This document shows positions 1-9,435 of a stretch of 43,524 nucleotides of DNA, one piece after another (the first letter of the stretch is position 1; each line of letters starts with the position of its first letter). Origin of the DNA: Minisyncoccota bacterium. GTDB lineage: Bacteria > Patescibacteriota > Minisyncoccia > Phycocordibacterales > Phycocordibacteraceae. The notes under the pieces are model-generated. The model made no database searches. It was not told where the DNA came from and saw only the letters and a list, made by a program, of their open reading frames with translations. The stretch spans positions 1 through 43,524 of the forward strand of contig DATLTM010000003.1 in the NCBI GenBank assembly GCA_035533615.1. The letters run 5' to 3'. Both the position numbers and the translations under genes were made by a program.

Positions 1-2757
1 GCATTGAGTGACGGAAGTGTTACATTAGATCATGCTACTGTCACAATTCCCCCAGCCATTTCAGCACCGATAGTCACGAGCGTCGCTTCATCTACCGGTG
101 CAACGGCGGGCGGGACTATTGTAACCATCACCGGTTCCGGCTTCACCGGAGCTACTGCCGTCAAATTCGGCACCACTGCCGCAACGTCGTTTACTGTTAA
201 CAGTGACACGTCTATCACCGCGACTTCTCCGGCAGGAATAGGGGCGGTTGACGTGACGGTTACTGCACCCGGCGGCACCAGTGCCACCGGTTCGGCGGAC
301 CAGTTTACCTATGCGCCCTGCGTAGGCGCTATCGGCAGTCCGCTTCTTGTTAACGTGACGCAAAACATTAGCAACGACGTTGACTCGGGATTCCATGGAA
401 ACTGGGCGCTCGATGATTATACGCGGCACATCCAAGTGTGGCTCGATAGCGGGACGACATACTGTGCTCAAGTGGACTATAACGGCACCTTCCATGCACC
501 GGCAGGAGTATCGAGTCCGGCAGCCGGGACACCAATTCCCGCAGCTATAGTCGGTACAATGGTTGGCGGCTATCGCGCATCGATTGTGGGGACGCTCCTT
601 GCCTCTCAAACCATACCGACAACCGTTGATTACCAAGGAGTCATCTCCACAGGAGCTACTCCCGGTTATGTTTCTTGGCCAGGCGCAACCTTCAACACGG
701 GATATACCTTCAATTATCTTGACAATGGCAACGACTGGTCCTGGACGTACACGACTCCGAATGGTGCCACGTGGATAAATGCCGGCTCAGGAAGTACCGG
801 TGATATCGGTCCGGTTGTCGACACAAATACGGGTACCGGATATGAAACTATCCAGGCCGCCGTAACTGCGGCACACTCCGGCGACACGATCAATGTCGCG
901 GCGGGAACGTATGACAGTTTCTCGGTAGCGAACAAAACGGGCATCACCATCACTGGTGCGGGAACGACAGCGACGCTCATCGTACCCACGACCCTAGTAA
1001 CCACTGGCGTTGCGCACAAATACACGTCCAACCTGCTAGCGTCCGTTTTCGTCAATAATTCAACGAATGTTCTTATCCAGGGCATGACGATTCAATCAAA
1101 CAATCAGACGCCAGGTTCCGGCGGACCCGACGCAATAGTGTTCTGGAATGCTTCGACGGGAAGTATTAAAGACTGCGCCGTAACGGGCACGTACGCAATA
1201 AATGGTGTACAAACCGGCCAAGGTATTGCTGTAGATGCCGCTAGTGGGACCACAAGTCTGACTGTCAACAATTGCGCCATCTCCGGCTTTCAGAAGAACG
1301 GCATCGAGGCCATTGATGGCAATGGTGCTGTTTCAGGTGCGACCGATACAACCACCGTGACCGTGACGGGTGGTAGCATCACTGGTGCTGGTCCGACTGG
1401 CGCAATCGCTCAAAACGGTATCGTGCTATGGAATCGAGGCGGCGGTACAGTGACGGGTTCAGTTAACGGCACGACCATTTCCGGCTTCGATTACACTGGC
1501 GCAGATACGGCTGCAGGCGCACTTGCGTACGGCGGAGGAAATCTCACTACTGTACACAACGCAACGTTAACCAATAATCAGCTAAATCTCTCGACGACTG
1601 GTAGTCCTGCGATTGATGCGACGCAAAACTACTGGGGTCGTGCGGCCGGTCCTGACGTTACTACGCTTGATGGGAGCATCACGTATTCTCCCTGGTGGGC
1701 TGATGCGGCGATGACCACACTTCAGAGTTCTACGACGCCTGACACGAATGGTAATCAGACAACTTCGCTTCCGAGTGTTTCGACACTGATCGGTACGAGT
1801 ACTGCAAGTACAAATATCAATGTCACAGCGGTCATCCCTTCAGGAACGACAGTAACTGGTAACACGACATGGGACGGTGTTATCTCTGCTCCGACCCCAC
1901 CGGTAACGACACCAACCGTCATTGTCTCGGGCTTTAACACGACGGTGACGTCTGCAGTGACCGTGGGCTCCACGGCGAGTGACCTCATCTTCGACAACGC
2001 AGTGAAGCTTACCTTCGCGGGACAATCTGGACAGCATGTCGGCTGGTATAACCACGCGGGCGCGTTCACCGAGATTACGGCTACTTGTGCGGCAAATGAC
2101 CAGATAACGGGAGACGCTCTTGCCGCGGGTACTTCCTGCAAGATTGATGCATCTCCTGATCTTGTCGTCTGGACGAAGCATTTCTCAACCTTCGTGACCT
2201 ACACGCAGACAGCGATTCCTCCAACCCCAGTTGCCACAACTCCGGTTGTGAATGGTTCAATACTATCCTTCAGCGGTGGCGGCGGCGGCACGCCGAACCC
2301 GCTTCCTGGAGCGATTGCAGTAAATACGGAAACCGTGACGACTACGAATACGACGACTTCCGTTCCGCAGGGTCGTGTGCTCGGTGCGGCGGTATATAAC
2401 TTCGGGCAGAATCTCACGATTGGCTCGCAGGGTGCTGATGTGACGGCGCTCCAGCAGTACCTCATCAATGGTGGGTACTCAATTCCGGCTGGCGTAACGG
2501 GCTACTTCGGTGCGGAAACGCGTGCAGCGGTCATCGCTTTCCAGAAGGCGACCGGCATCGCACAGGTCGGCATCGTTGGTCCTCTTACCAGAGCCGATCT
2601 TGATAAAGGCGTCATTGCGACGACTCCCGAGACCACGCCGACGGTAGAGAAAACGAATCTCACGACGAGTCAGGTGGATTCCATCCTCGGCGTCCTTCAG
2701 TCCTTCAACGTGGACCAGGCGACCATGAATAAGGTTCGCGCGGCGCTCGGGCTATAA
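1..2757 (+). CDS. Large cell-surface protein, 5-prime partial: IPT/TIG domain + right-handed parallel beta-helix region + C-terminal PG_binding_1 domain
   Basis: The frame is open from nt 1, before the track start at 4, so the gene is probably cut by the window edge. IPT/TIG-like 'GGTIVTITGSGFTGATAVKFG...VDVTVTAPGGTS'. Beta-helix-type 'IQAAVTAAHSGDTINVAAGTYDSF...ITITGAG'. PG_binding_1-like 'GSQGADVTALQQYLINGGYSIPAGVTGYFGAETRAAVIAFQKATGI'. Confidence 0.8.
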   Translation, partial: ALSDGSVTLDHATVTIPPAISAPIVTSVASSTGATAGGTIVTITGSGFTGATAVKFGTTAATSFTVNSDTSITATSPAGIGAVDVTVTAPGGTSATGSADQFTYAPCVGAIGSPLLVNVTQNISNDVDSGFHGNWALDDYTRHIQVWLDSGTTYCAQVDYNGTFHAPAGVSSPAAGTPIPAAIVGTMVGGYRASIVGTLLASQTIPTTVDYQGVISTGATPGYVSWPGATFNTGYTFNYLDNGNDWSWTYTTPNGATWINAGSGSTGDIGPVVDTNTGTGYETIQAAVTAAHSGDTINVAAGTYDSFSVANKTGITITGAGTTATLIVPTTLVTTGVAHKYTSNLLASVFVNNSTNVLIQGMTIQSNNQTPGSGGPDAIVFWNASTGSIKDCAVTGTYAINGVQTGQGIAVDAASGTTSLTVNNCAISGFQKNGIEAIDGNGAVSGATDTTTVTVTGGSITGAGPTGAIAQNGIVLWNRGGGTVTGSVNGTTISGFDYTGADTAAGALAYGGGNLTTVHNATLTNNQLNLSTTGSPAIDATQNYWGRAAGPDVTTLDGSITYSPWWADAAMTTLQSSTTPDTNGNQTTSLPSVSTLIGTSTASTNINVTAVIPSGTTVTGNTTWDGVISAPTPPVTTPTVIVSGFNTTVTSAVTVGSTASDLIFDNAVKLTFAGQSGQHVGWYNHAGAFTEITATCAANDQITGDALAAGTSCKIDASPDLVVWTKHFSTFVTYTQTAIPPTPVATTPVVNGSILSFSGGGGGTPNPLPGAIAVNTETVTTTNTTTSVPQGRVLGAAVYNFGQNLTIGSQGADVTALQQYLINGGYSIPAGVTGYFGAETRAAVIAFQKATGIAQVGIVGPLTRADLDKGVIATTPETTPTVEKTNLTTSQVDSILGVLQSFNVDQATMNKVRAALGL

Positions 2758-2773
2758 ATAGAGAGAGATACCA

Positions 2774-2809
2774 CATCCCGCAATCCCGCTGTAGCGGGAT
2801 TGCGGGATG
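2774..2809 (+). terminator. Perfect 16-bp stem hairpin after the surface-protein gene
   Basis: catcccgcaatcccgc-tgta-gcgggattgcgggatg lies 17 nt after the stop at 2755-2757. There is no clear U-tract, so the hairpin is certain but terminator function is inferred. Confidence 0.55.
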
Positions 2810-2873
2810 TGCGTCATGCTGTTCCGACGCAGTGATTGTGCATTTTTAGAATTCGTCGTATCGTCACAGAGAT

Positions 2874-3863
2874 ATGCGTACGCCGTTCTTCCACAAGCTC
2901 CACGATTATTTCTTCCCGCACAAGCGCAATAACTACCGCCCGCATCTCTTCAGTATCGCGTCGATTGCCGCGCTTGTCGCCGTCGTCATCGTGTTTGAAG
3001 CGGGATACCTGGTGCAGACAAAACTCGTTTTCCTGAAGACCGATTTCCTTGCGTCTGTGTTGCCGGGCGCGCTCGTCGCGCTCACCAATCAGGACCGCCT
3101 GGCGAACGGCCTCGCTGGCGTTACCGAAAGTCCGCTCCTCGACCGGGCGGCGCAGGCGGTGGCAGAGGATATGGCAGCGAAAGGATACTTCGCCCATGTG
3201 TCGCCCGACGGAAAGTCGCCGTGGCAGTGGCTTGATCAGGTCGGCTATCGGTACAGCTACGCAGGAGAAAATCTCGCCGTGAACTTCACCGATTCTTCTG
3301 CCGTCGAGGCGGCATGGATGAACTCGCCGATGCATCGGGCGAACATTGAGCGGCCGCAGTATACGCAGGTCGGTTTCGGTACGGCAAACGGTATGTATGA
3401 AGGGAATGAGACGACCTTTGTTGCCGAATTCTTTGCGACGCCCGCTGCAGTCGTTCAAGCGGCACCGACTGCTCCTGTGCGCGTCGCGCTCGCGAAGCCA
3501 TCGCCGGCCGCTCCCGTTGTTACCGCAGCCCCACAGGTGTTAGGCAGTCAAACGAATGCCGCTCCCGCTCCGGCAGTCGCCGAAGCGGCTCCCCGCACAA
3601 CGAATTGGCTCACCTCCTTGCTCGTGTCGCCCTTCAGCACGATTGAAAGTATCCTCGCCGCGCTCTTCGCCGCCATTGCCGCACTTTTCGTCATCGCTCT
3701 TATCGCGCACGGCAGGCTCCAGCATCCGCGCCTGGTCTTCGGCGGCGTATTTCTTCTCCTTTTCATTTCAGGAGCGATGCTTGCGAGCGCGGCGTTCGCC
3801 GGCTCGGTGCTTCTTCCTGCGGGCGGACAGGCGGCGAGCGTATCTATGGGTGTTGCGCCCTAG
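2874..3863 (+). CDS. CAP/SCP (PR-1, YkwD-like) domain protein with N- and C-terminal transmembrane regions
   Basis: 'AEDMAAKGYFAHVSPDGKSPWQWLDQVGYRYSYAGENLAVNF...AWMNSPMHRANI' fits the CAP-domain signature. There is a hydrophobic 'IASIAALVAVVIVF' near the N-terminus and a hydrophobic C-terminal third. Confidence 0.75.
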   Translation: MRTPFFHKLHDYFFPHKRNNYRPHLFSIASIAALVAVVIVFEAGYLVQTKLVFLKTDFLASVLPGALVALTNQDRLANGLAGVTESPLLDRAAQAVAEDMAAKGYFAHVSPDGKSPWQWLDQVGYRYSYAGENLAVNFTDSSAVEAAWMNSPMHRANIERPQYTQVGFGTANGMYEGNETTFVAEFFATPAAVVQAAPTAPVRVALAKPSPAAPVVTAAPQVLGSQTNAAPAPAVAEAAPRTTNWLTSLLVSPFSTIESILAALFAAIAALFVIALIAHGRLQHPRLVFGGVFLLLFISGAMLASAAFAGSVLLPAGGQAASVSMGVAP

Positions 3864-3955
3864 TGCGTGTTGGAGACGAGTGCGGGCAGGAACAGAGTTG
3901 CGATCATGCCGATACCGAGAAGGACGACGATGACGACGGCAAAGACTTTTTTCAT
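3860..3955 (-). CDS. Possible 31-aa hydrophobic peptide (MKKVFAVVIVVLLGIGMIATLFLPALVSNTH)
   Basis: Hand-translated from the minus strand; too short for the ORF track. It has a single TM-like segment in the gap between two real genes. No other support. Confidence 0.25.
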   Translation of the reverse strand: MKKVFAVVIVVLLGIGMIATLFLPALVSNTH

Positions 3956-4003
3956 ATAGCGGAAAGATATCAGAAATCTCGCGGACGGCAACCATCCGCG
4001 GGT

Positions 4004-5011
4004 TCAGAGCACTGGCTCGCGGCCGCCGCGTTTGAGGAATCGACCCTCAAGCGAGTATCGGTCATATCCGTAAAAGATGAAGGCGATAGGAATGCCTATC
4101 AGGATGAGGTGCGGCCAGACGACTTCGCCGAAATACCAGAGCGAAAGCGAGAGCCAGAAAAGCAGAAAGAGCGACGTGAAGCGGATTTCAACGCCGAGGA
4201 TAAAGAAAGTCGCGATAAGTATCTCAATGATAGCGGCGCCGAGAACGAGGAAGTGCGGCTCGAGTCCGAACACCTGCGCCAGGCTTTGCGTATGTCCGGC
4301 AAGCGGGAGGGTCGCGACTTGCAGGGCGAGATTGTTATGGAGGATTTTCGCATAGAAAGAGGCGTAGAAGAGCGAGATGCCGAAACAGACGCGAAGGAAA
4401 GGGAAGGCATACGGGGCAAGTTTCCCTCCGAGAATCCGCGCTCCGCGCCAGGACCCGAGAATGAGCAGGACAACTATCTCGCCGAAATAATTCGTGTAAG
4501 TGAGCATATAGATGCCGTGGAAATACACCGCACATCCAAACAGGACCAGAGCCACCAGAGCGGCAATCTCCGTATAAACGCCGGCGACAAGCATCGCACC
4601 GATTATTACCAGAATGACCCGGATGGCGTCCGTGGCCCCGCCGAATGTGGCGGCGATCGGGAGTTCAGGGCCGTACGTCGCCCCGTAATATGCCGCAGCG
4701 AAGAAAGAGAGACCAATCGTAATGCGCGCCACCGGCTCTGCGTAGCGCCGCATGCGCGCAAACATCGGATCAAACCAGCGTTCAAGTGGCCGGATGATGG
4801 AAACGAAGAAGACTACGAATACAACGAGCACGGCGATGAATCCCCAGAACACGAACTGATCGAAGTTCTGGAGTATCACCTGCCACTCGTTGAAGGCGGG
4901 CGTCGCAAGCGCCTGTTTAATGGTTTCGGGCGAGAGCACGTACACCTCGTGCGCCGAGGCGCTGAAAGGTGCAGCAAACAGTATCGCAAAAAACGCAACT
5001 ATGCGTCTCAT
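4004..5011 (-). CDS. Multi-pass membrane protein with signal-peptide-like N-terminus, family not recognised
   Basis: Track ORF 4004..5371 is trimmed to the internal Met 'MRRIVAFFAILFAAPFSASA', because the long form would overlap gene 5040..5432. It has many hydrophobic segments. Confidence 0.6.
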   Translation of the reverse strand: MRRIVAFFAILFAAPFSASAHEVYVLSPETIKQALATPAFNEWQVILQNFDQFVFWGFIAVLVVFVVFFVSIIRPLERWFDPMFARMRRYAEPVARITIGLSFFAAAYYGATYGPELPIAATFGGATDAIRVILVIIGAMLVAGVYTEIAALVALVLFGCAVYFHGIYMLTYTNYFGEIVVLLILGSWRGARILGGKLAPYAFPFLRVCFGISLFYASFYAKILHNNLALQVATLPLAGHTQSLAQVFGLEPHFLVLGAAIIEILIATFFILGVEIRFTSLFLLFWLSLSLWYFGEVVWPHLILIGIPIAFIFYGYDRYSLEGRFLKRGGREPVL

Positions 5012-5039
5012 CAATTCAGTATAGCACTCCCGTATCGGC

Positions 5040-5432
5040 TTACGGGGTGGAAGAGGCAGCGGGACGCAACTGGATGTTCGTAGCTGAAATGCTGCCATCA
5101 CCATTGGTCGCGCCAGAGACCATGATAGTCGACCCAACCGAAACATCATGTATGGTGCCAGCAACGCTCTTGAAGACGGCTGTGGCTGGCGTAATGAGCA
5201 CGACGTGCGAGCTGCCGTCTCTGGTATCGAGAGTGATGCTTCCCGAGTCAGTTTTTGCAACCGTACCGGTAAGGAATCCCCCGCCTGTACCGCCGCGTGC
5301 ACCCCCGAAGCCGCCCGTCCTGGTCGCGGTACCTCCCACCGGTGCGGTTGATGCGGCAGGGGCGTGCACAAGGTACCCGCCGCCGAATCCGATAATGAGT
5401 GCGATTATAGTAATAAGGAGGTTTTTGTTCAT
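5040..5432 (-). CDS. Membrane-anchored secreted protein with Gly-rich linker, unknown function
   Basis: N-terminal TM 'LLITIIALIIGFGGGYLV', then 'GGFGGARGGTGGGF', then a beta-rich C-terminal part. No family recognised with confidence. Confidence 0.55.
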   Translation of the reverse strand: MNKNLLITIIALIIGFGGGYLVHAPAASTAPVGGTATRTGGFGGARGGTGGGFLTGTVAKTDSGSITLDTRDGSSHVVLITPATAVFKSVAGTIHDVSVGSTIMVSGATNGDGSISATNIQLRPAASSTP

Positions 5433-5484
5433 AGGACGTTATGTTATTACTACTATGTTTCTAATACGCATTTTCGGCCCGCTT

Positions 5485-6723
5485 TTATTCATAGCGCAGG
5501 GCGTCAATCGGGTTAAGATTCGCGGCACGGCGGGCTGGGTACCATCCAAAAACGATGCCGATAGCCGCTGAGACGCCGAAGGCAAGCAGGACTGACGAGA
5601 GCGAGACCTGAGCGGCGACAAGTCCCGTCATCGACACGATGAAGGATATGCCCCAGCCGAGCGCGATACCGATAGCACCGCCGATGAACGTGAGTGCCAC
5701 GGCCTCAGAAAGGAACTGGTTATTGATATCCGACTTCGTCGCGCCGATGGCTTTGCGCAGCCCGATCTCGCGCATGCGCTCGGTCACGGTCGTAAGCATC
5801 ATATTCATAATGCCGATACCGCCGACGATGAGCGAAATGCCCGCAATGGCGGCGAGGAGTGTCGTGAGCGTACCGGTGACGCTGGAGGCGGCCGAAACGA
5901 GGTCTGCCTGGTTCAGGATGCTGAAATCGGCCTTCGTCGGATCGCTGATATTATGGCGGGCGAGCAGAAGCGCGGCCACGTCGTTTTGTACCTGAGTCAT
6001 TGCCGCTTGCGTTGTCGCCTGGATGTCGATGGTTGAGAGATAGGAATTCCCGTTCCCGGCGAAATAGTGCATTGCGGTGCCGAGCGGAATGAAGACTGTG
6101 GTATCTGTATTGCCGATGCCGGAAGCGCCTTTCGTCTTTGTGACGCCGATGATGGTAAAGAGGATGTTATTGACACGGATATTCTGCCCGAGCGCGTCGC
6201 TCGCCGTTGCCGTGGTGCCGAAGATATCGGTAACGACGGTCGGTCCTATGACCGCGACCTTTGCGAGCGACGCCGACTGATTGTCTGTGATGAACGAACC
6301 CTGGTCTATGACAAGATTACGGATAGTGGCATAGGCGGCATCCACGCCATCAACAACCGTGTTGGTATTTGCGCCGGCGGCCGCGACTTGGTAGCGGCTG
6401 GAGAGTTCACCCGAGACCGCCGCGACGTTCGCGACTTGTGACGAGATGGCATCTTCGTCGGCGATGGTGAGCGAACGCGCGGTACCGCGGCCGCTCGAGA
6501 CGCCAAAGCCGATTTGTCGTGTCGCACCCGGCAGTACCTCAATCAGATTGGAACCGATGGATTGAATGGAAGTCTGAATGGAGGCTTGCGCTCCCTGGCC
6601 GATGGCCGTGAGCGCGATGACCGAGGCAATGCCGATGACGATGCCGAGCACGGTCAGACCTGAGCGTACTTTGTTCGCCGAGAGGGCGGCATAGGTTTCT
6701 TCAAAAAGATCGCGATTTCTCAT
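5485..6723 (-). CDS. ABC transporter permease, MacB/FtsX family
   Basis: 412 aa. N-terminal TM '[17 protein letters not shown]', a large extracytoplasmic domain, and a C-terminal FtsX-type block '[23 protein letters not shown]' with 3 TM. Its start overlaps the stop of the ATPase gene by 4 nt. Confidence 0.85.
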   Translation of the reverse strand: MRNRDLFEETYAALSANKVRSGLTVLGIVIGIASVIALTAIGQGAQASIQTSIQSIGSNLIEVLPGATRQIGFGVSSGRGTARSLTIADEDAISSQVANVAAVSGELSSRYQVAAAGANTNTVVDGVDAAYATIRNLVIDQGSFITDNQSASLAKVAVIGPTVVTDIFGTTATASDALGQNIRVNNILFTIIGVTKTKGASGIGNTDTTVFIPLGTAMHYFAGNGNSYLSTIDIQATTQAAMTQVQNDVAALLLARHNISDPTKADFSILNQADLVSAASSVTGTLTTLLAAIAGISLIVGGIGIMNMMLTTVTERMREIGLRKAIGATKSDINNQFLSEAVALTFIGGAIGIALGWGISFIVSMTGLVAAQVSLSSVLLAFGVSAAIGIVFGWYPARRAANLNPIDALRYE

Positions 6724-7502
6724 ACGGGTACGGGGGCATTGGGTCCGTCATACAGCCGCGTCTCGTTCATTGCGTCGCGCGGGGCAGCGCTCTTTTCGTC
6801 GGAGACGATGGCACCGTCGCGGATGCGGATGATGCGGTCGGCGTGTTCGGCGATGTCCGGTTCGTGTGTGATGAGGACGATGGTGCGTCCGTGTTTGCGA
6901 TTGAGCTCCTGGAGCGTCCCGAGCACGATAAGACTCGTCCGGCTGTCCAGGTTACCGGTCGGTTCATCGGCGAGAATGAGCGCTGGGTCGTTTACCAAGG
7001 CGCGCGCAATAGCAACGCGCTGTATCTGTCCGCCTGAAAGTTGGTTGGAGAGGTGAGAGAAATGTTCTTCGGTGAGTCCGGCGGAGGTAAGTGCGTCTGT
7101 CGCGCGCGCCACCCGCTCGTCCTGCGGTATGCCGGCATAGACAAGCGGGAGCATTACGTTTCGAAGTACAGTCGTGCGGGACAGGAGATTAAATGACTGG
7201 AAGACGAATCCGATTTTATCTTTCCGTATCAGGGCGAGCTCGTCGTCCGACATTGTAGAGACGTCTCTGCCATCAAGCGTGTAGGTACCCGAGGTCGGTG
7301 TGTCCAGGCAGCCGAGGATGTGCATCATCGTGGACTTGCCGCTGCCCGATGGGCCCATGATGGCGACAAACTCACCCTCATCAATAGAGAAGGAAACGTT
7401 GCGGAGTGCGGTGTACGCCTCCGGCGTATCCGCGTTATAGGTTTTGGTGATATTTTTGAACTCAATCATCTTGTGAGGAGCATGACCTCTGTCGTTTGTC
7501 AT
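6720..7502 (-). CDS. ABC transporter ATP-binding protein (MacB/LolD-type)
   Basis: Walker A 'GPSGSGKST', ABC signature '[15 protein letters not shown]', Walker B '[12 protein letters not shown]'. The start could instead be the Met of '[11 protein letters not shown]' at 7469. Confidence 0.9.
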   Translation of the reverse strand: MTNDRGHAPHKMIEFKNITKTYNADTPEAYTALRNVSFSIDEGEFVAIMGPSGSGKSTMMHILGCLDTPTSGTYTLDGRDVSTMSDDELALIRKDKIGFVFQSFNLLSRTTVLRNVMLPLVYAGIPQDERVARATDALTSAGLTEEHFSHLSNQLSGGQIQRVAIARALVNDPALILADEPTGNLDSRTSLIVLGTLQELNRKHGRTIVLITHEPDIAEHADRIIRIRDGAIVSDEKSAAPRDAMNETRLYDGPNAPVPV

Positions 7503-7552
7503 AGGTCATAGGGGTTGCTGGCTGCCAAATCGCCCGCGGTTTCTAACGGGAA

Positions 7553-9349
7553 TCATGGCGCGAATGCGCGTATCGCTCCGCCGCCTGGTCGTCCGCCGGC
7601 CCCGCCGAAGAGAGAGGTGCTTTGTGCGGCGCTCGAGGCGGTTGTTACCGCTGTACCGGCTATCGTCTTGATGACGACCTGTTCTCCCAGAGTCAGACCG
7701 GTTTCGATAACGACGTTCGTGTTATCGGTAAGGCCGGTAGTTACTATGGTCGGCGTCGGTGCGACGGGGGATGGCGCTCCGGTACTCGAGTTGCTCCCCG
7801 CGAGCGGGGGACTGAAGGTCTGCACATAACTCTGGGTGCCTGAGGTCTTAACCGCGCTGCTTGGTACGACAAGGCCGGTCTCAGTGCCGGTGATAATGTT
7901 GGCAGTCATACTCATGCCCGGCATCACCTGGGGATTCTGGGTGTCAAAGCTGATGGTCGCGGTATACGACACGACACCCTGCGAAACGGCGCCGACACTG
8001 TTAATCACCGCGACCGTGCCGGCAAGCGTGACGCCCGGCAGAGCGTCAAAGGTGAGTGTTGCTTTCTGCCCAACCTTGAGCTTGCTCGCGTCCACCTCGT
8101 TTACGGAAATGTCGGCGGTCTCGTTGTTCGTAACGAGCGTTGCGACGCTGGTGCTTGGGCCCGCCTGGTCATATTCTTGTACCCCGACGGCGGCAATGGT
8201 ACCCGCAAAGGGCGCCGTGACGGTGTACCCGGCGAGCGTCGTCTGTGCATTGATAACTGCATCTTTTGCCTGCTGGAGCGAGAGCGCTGCTTGCTGGACA
8301 GTGAGTGCATTTGAGCCCGCCTCGGTTGACTGGAGCGTGTTCTGCGCCTGCGCGAGCGATTGTTCGGCGGAGACGATATTCGTCTGGTTCGTAAGCGCAT
8401 TGCCGAGGTCGGTTGAAACGGTCGTCGTGTAGGTGTTCGTGTCCGAAAGGAAGGTCGCGAGTGTCGGAGATGTGCCGAGATTATTGAGCGAATAATCGTT
8501 TGTGACACGGTCAAAGAAATCGTGCGCGTTTCGTACCGCTTCGGCCACCGTCTGGACGGTTGCATATGTTGATTGCGCAAGCGCGACGAGGTCGCTGTCT
8601 GAAATGGTGCTGCTCGTGGTCTTGTACGCGGCAATGCCGGCGTTGTAGGAATTGTAAGCAGCCGTGTACGAGGTGTTTGTTGAATTCGTATAGACTCCGA
8701 TGCTGGTGTCGTATTGCGACACCAGGTCGTTGTATGCATTTATATTTTGTTGATTCGTGCGCCCCGCGACGTTGTAACTGTAGAGCACCGTATCGAGGTC
8801 ACTTACCACAGTCCCGAGATCGCTGTAGATGCTCGCGATGGATGCATACGCGTCGTCGTGCGCTTTCTGGAGCGCAATCTGCGCGTTCGTGACTCCGTTT
8901 TGTGCGGTGGTGAGATTGAGCGCAAGGGTTGAGGTCGCCGTTGTCTGCTGGTAGGTCAATTCGGCATTTTGGAGCGCAAGTTCCGCCTCTCGAAGTGACT
9001 GCAGAGCGGTGGTCGCGTCAATCTGCGCGACGATTTGTCCCGTGTGTACCTGGTCACCAGGTTTGACGTATATGCCGGTCACCTGGCCGGAGGATTGAGG
9101 AGAAAGCGATATCTGATGGGATGCGTCCACCTGCCCCGTCTCGGTCATAGTTGCGACGACGGTGCCGCTTGCGGCGGTCATGGTGACGTACCGAGTCGCA
9201 GTGGAGGGGGCAGTGAAGACGCCGTATGCGTAATAGCCGCCATACAGGACTATGAGGACGGCTACCGTGGAAATCACCTTATGCGCGGTTGCATATGCCC
9301 ACACGGAACCCCGCACAGTGCGGGCGGAATTGAGAATAGGAGTGGGCAT
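7553..9349 (-). CDS. HlyD/MacA-family membrane-fusion (periplasmic adaptor) protein with very long coiled-coil/low-complexity insert
   Basis: N-terminal TM, barrel motifs 'GQVTGIYVKPGDQVHTGQIVAQID' and 'TAPFAGTIAAVGVQEYD', and a long T/S/A/N/Q-rich helical middle. It lies directly upstream of the ABC pair. Confidence 0.75.
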   Translation of the reverse strand: MPTPILNSARTVRGSVWAYATAHKVISTVAVLIVLYGGYYAYGVFTAPSTATRYVTMTAASGTVVATMTETGQVDASHQISLSPQSSGQVTGIYVKPGDQVHTGQIVAQIDATTALQSLREAELALQNAELTYQQTTATSTLALNLTTAQNGVTNAQIALQKAHDDAYASIASIYSDLGTVVSDLDTVLYSYNVAGRTNQQNINAYNDLVSQYDTSIGVYTNSTNTSYTAAYNSYNAGIAAYKTTSSTISDSDLVALAQSTYATVQTVAEAVRNAHDFFDRVTNDYSLNNLGTSPTLATFLSDTNTYTTTVSTDLGNALTNQTNIVSAEQSLAQAQNTLQSTEAGSNALTVQQAALSLQQAKDAVINAQTTLAGYTVTAPFAGTIAAVGVQEYDQAGPSTSVATLVTNNETADISVNEVDASKLKVGQKATLTFDALPGVTLAGTVAVINSVGAVSQGVVSYTATISFDTQNPQVMPGMSMTANIITGTETGLVVPSSAVKTSGTQSYVQTFSPPLAGSNSSTGAPSPVAPTPTIVTTGLTDNTNVVIETGLTLGEQVVIKTIAGTAVTTASSAAQSTSLFGGAGGRPGGGAIRAFAP

Positions 9350-9435
9350 GCGAGGAGATAGTTAGATTAGTTAAGTAAGTGTAGCACAAAACTCTACCAT
9401 ACAGTAGTACGTTCCATCTGCGGGTTTCATTCAGG

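Noticed and set aside
3863-5083. 406-aa plus-strand track ORF
   Set aside because: It lies entirely antisense to two well-formed membrane/secreted genes (4004..5011 and 5040..5432). Its E/R/D-rich composition is typical of the reverse frame of a GC-rich gene. No motifs recognised.
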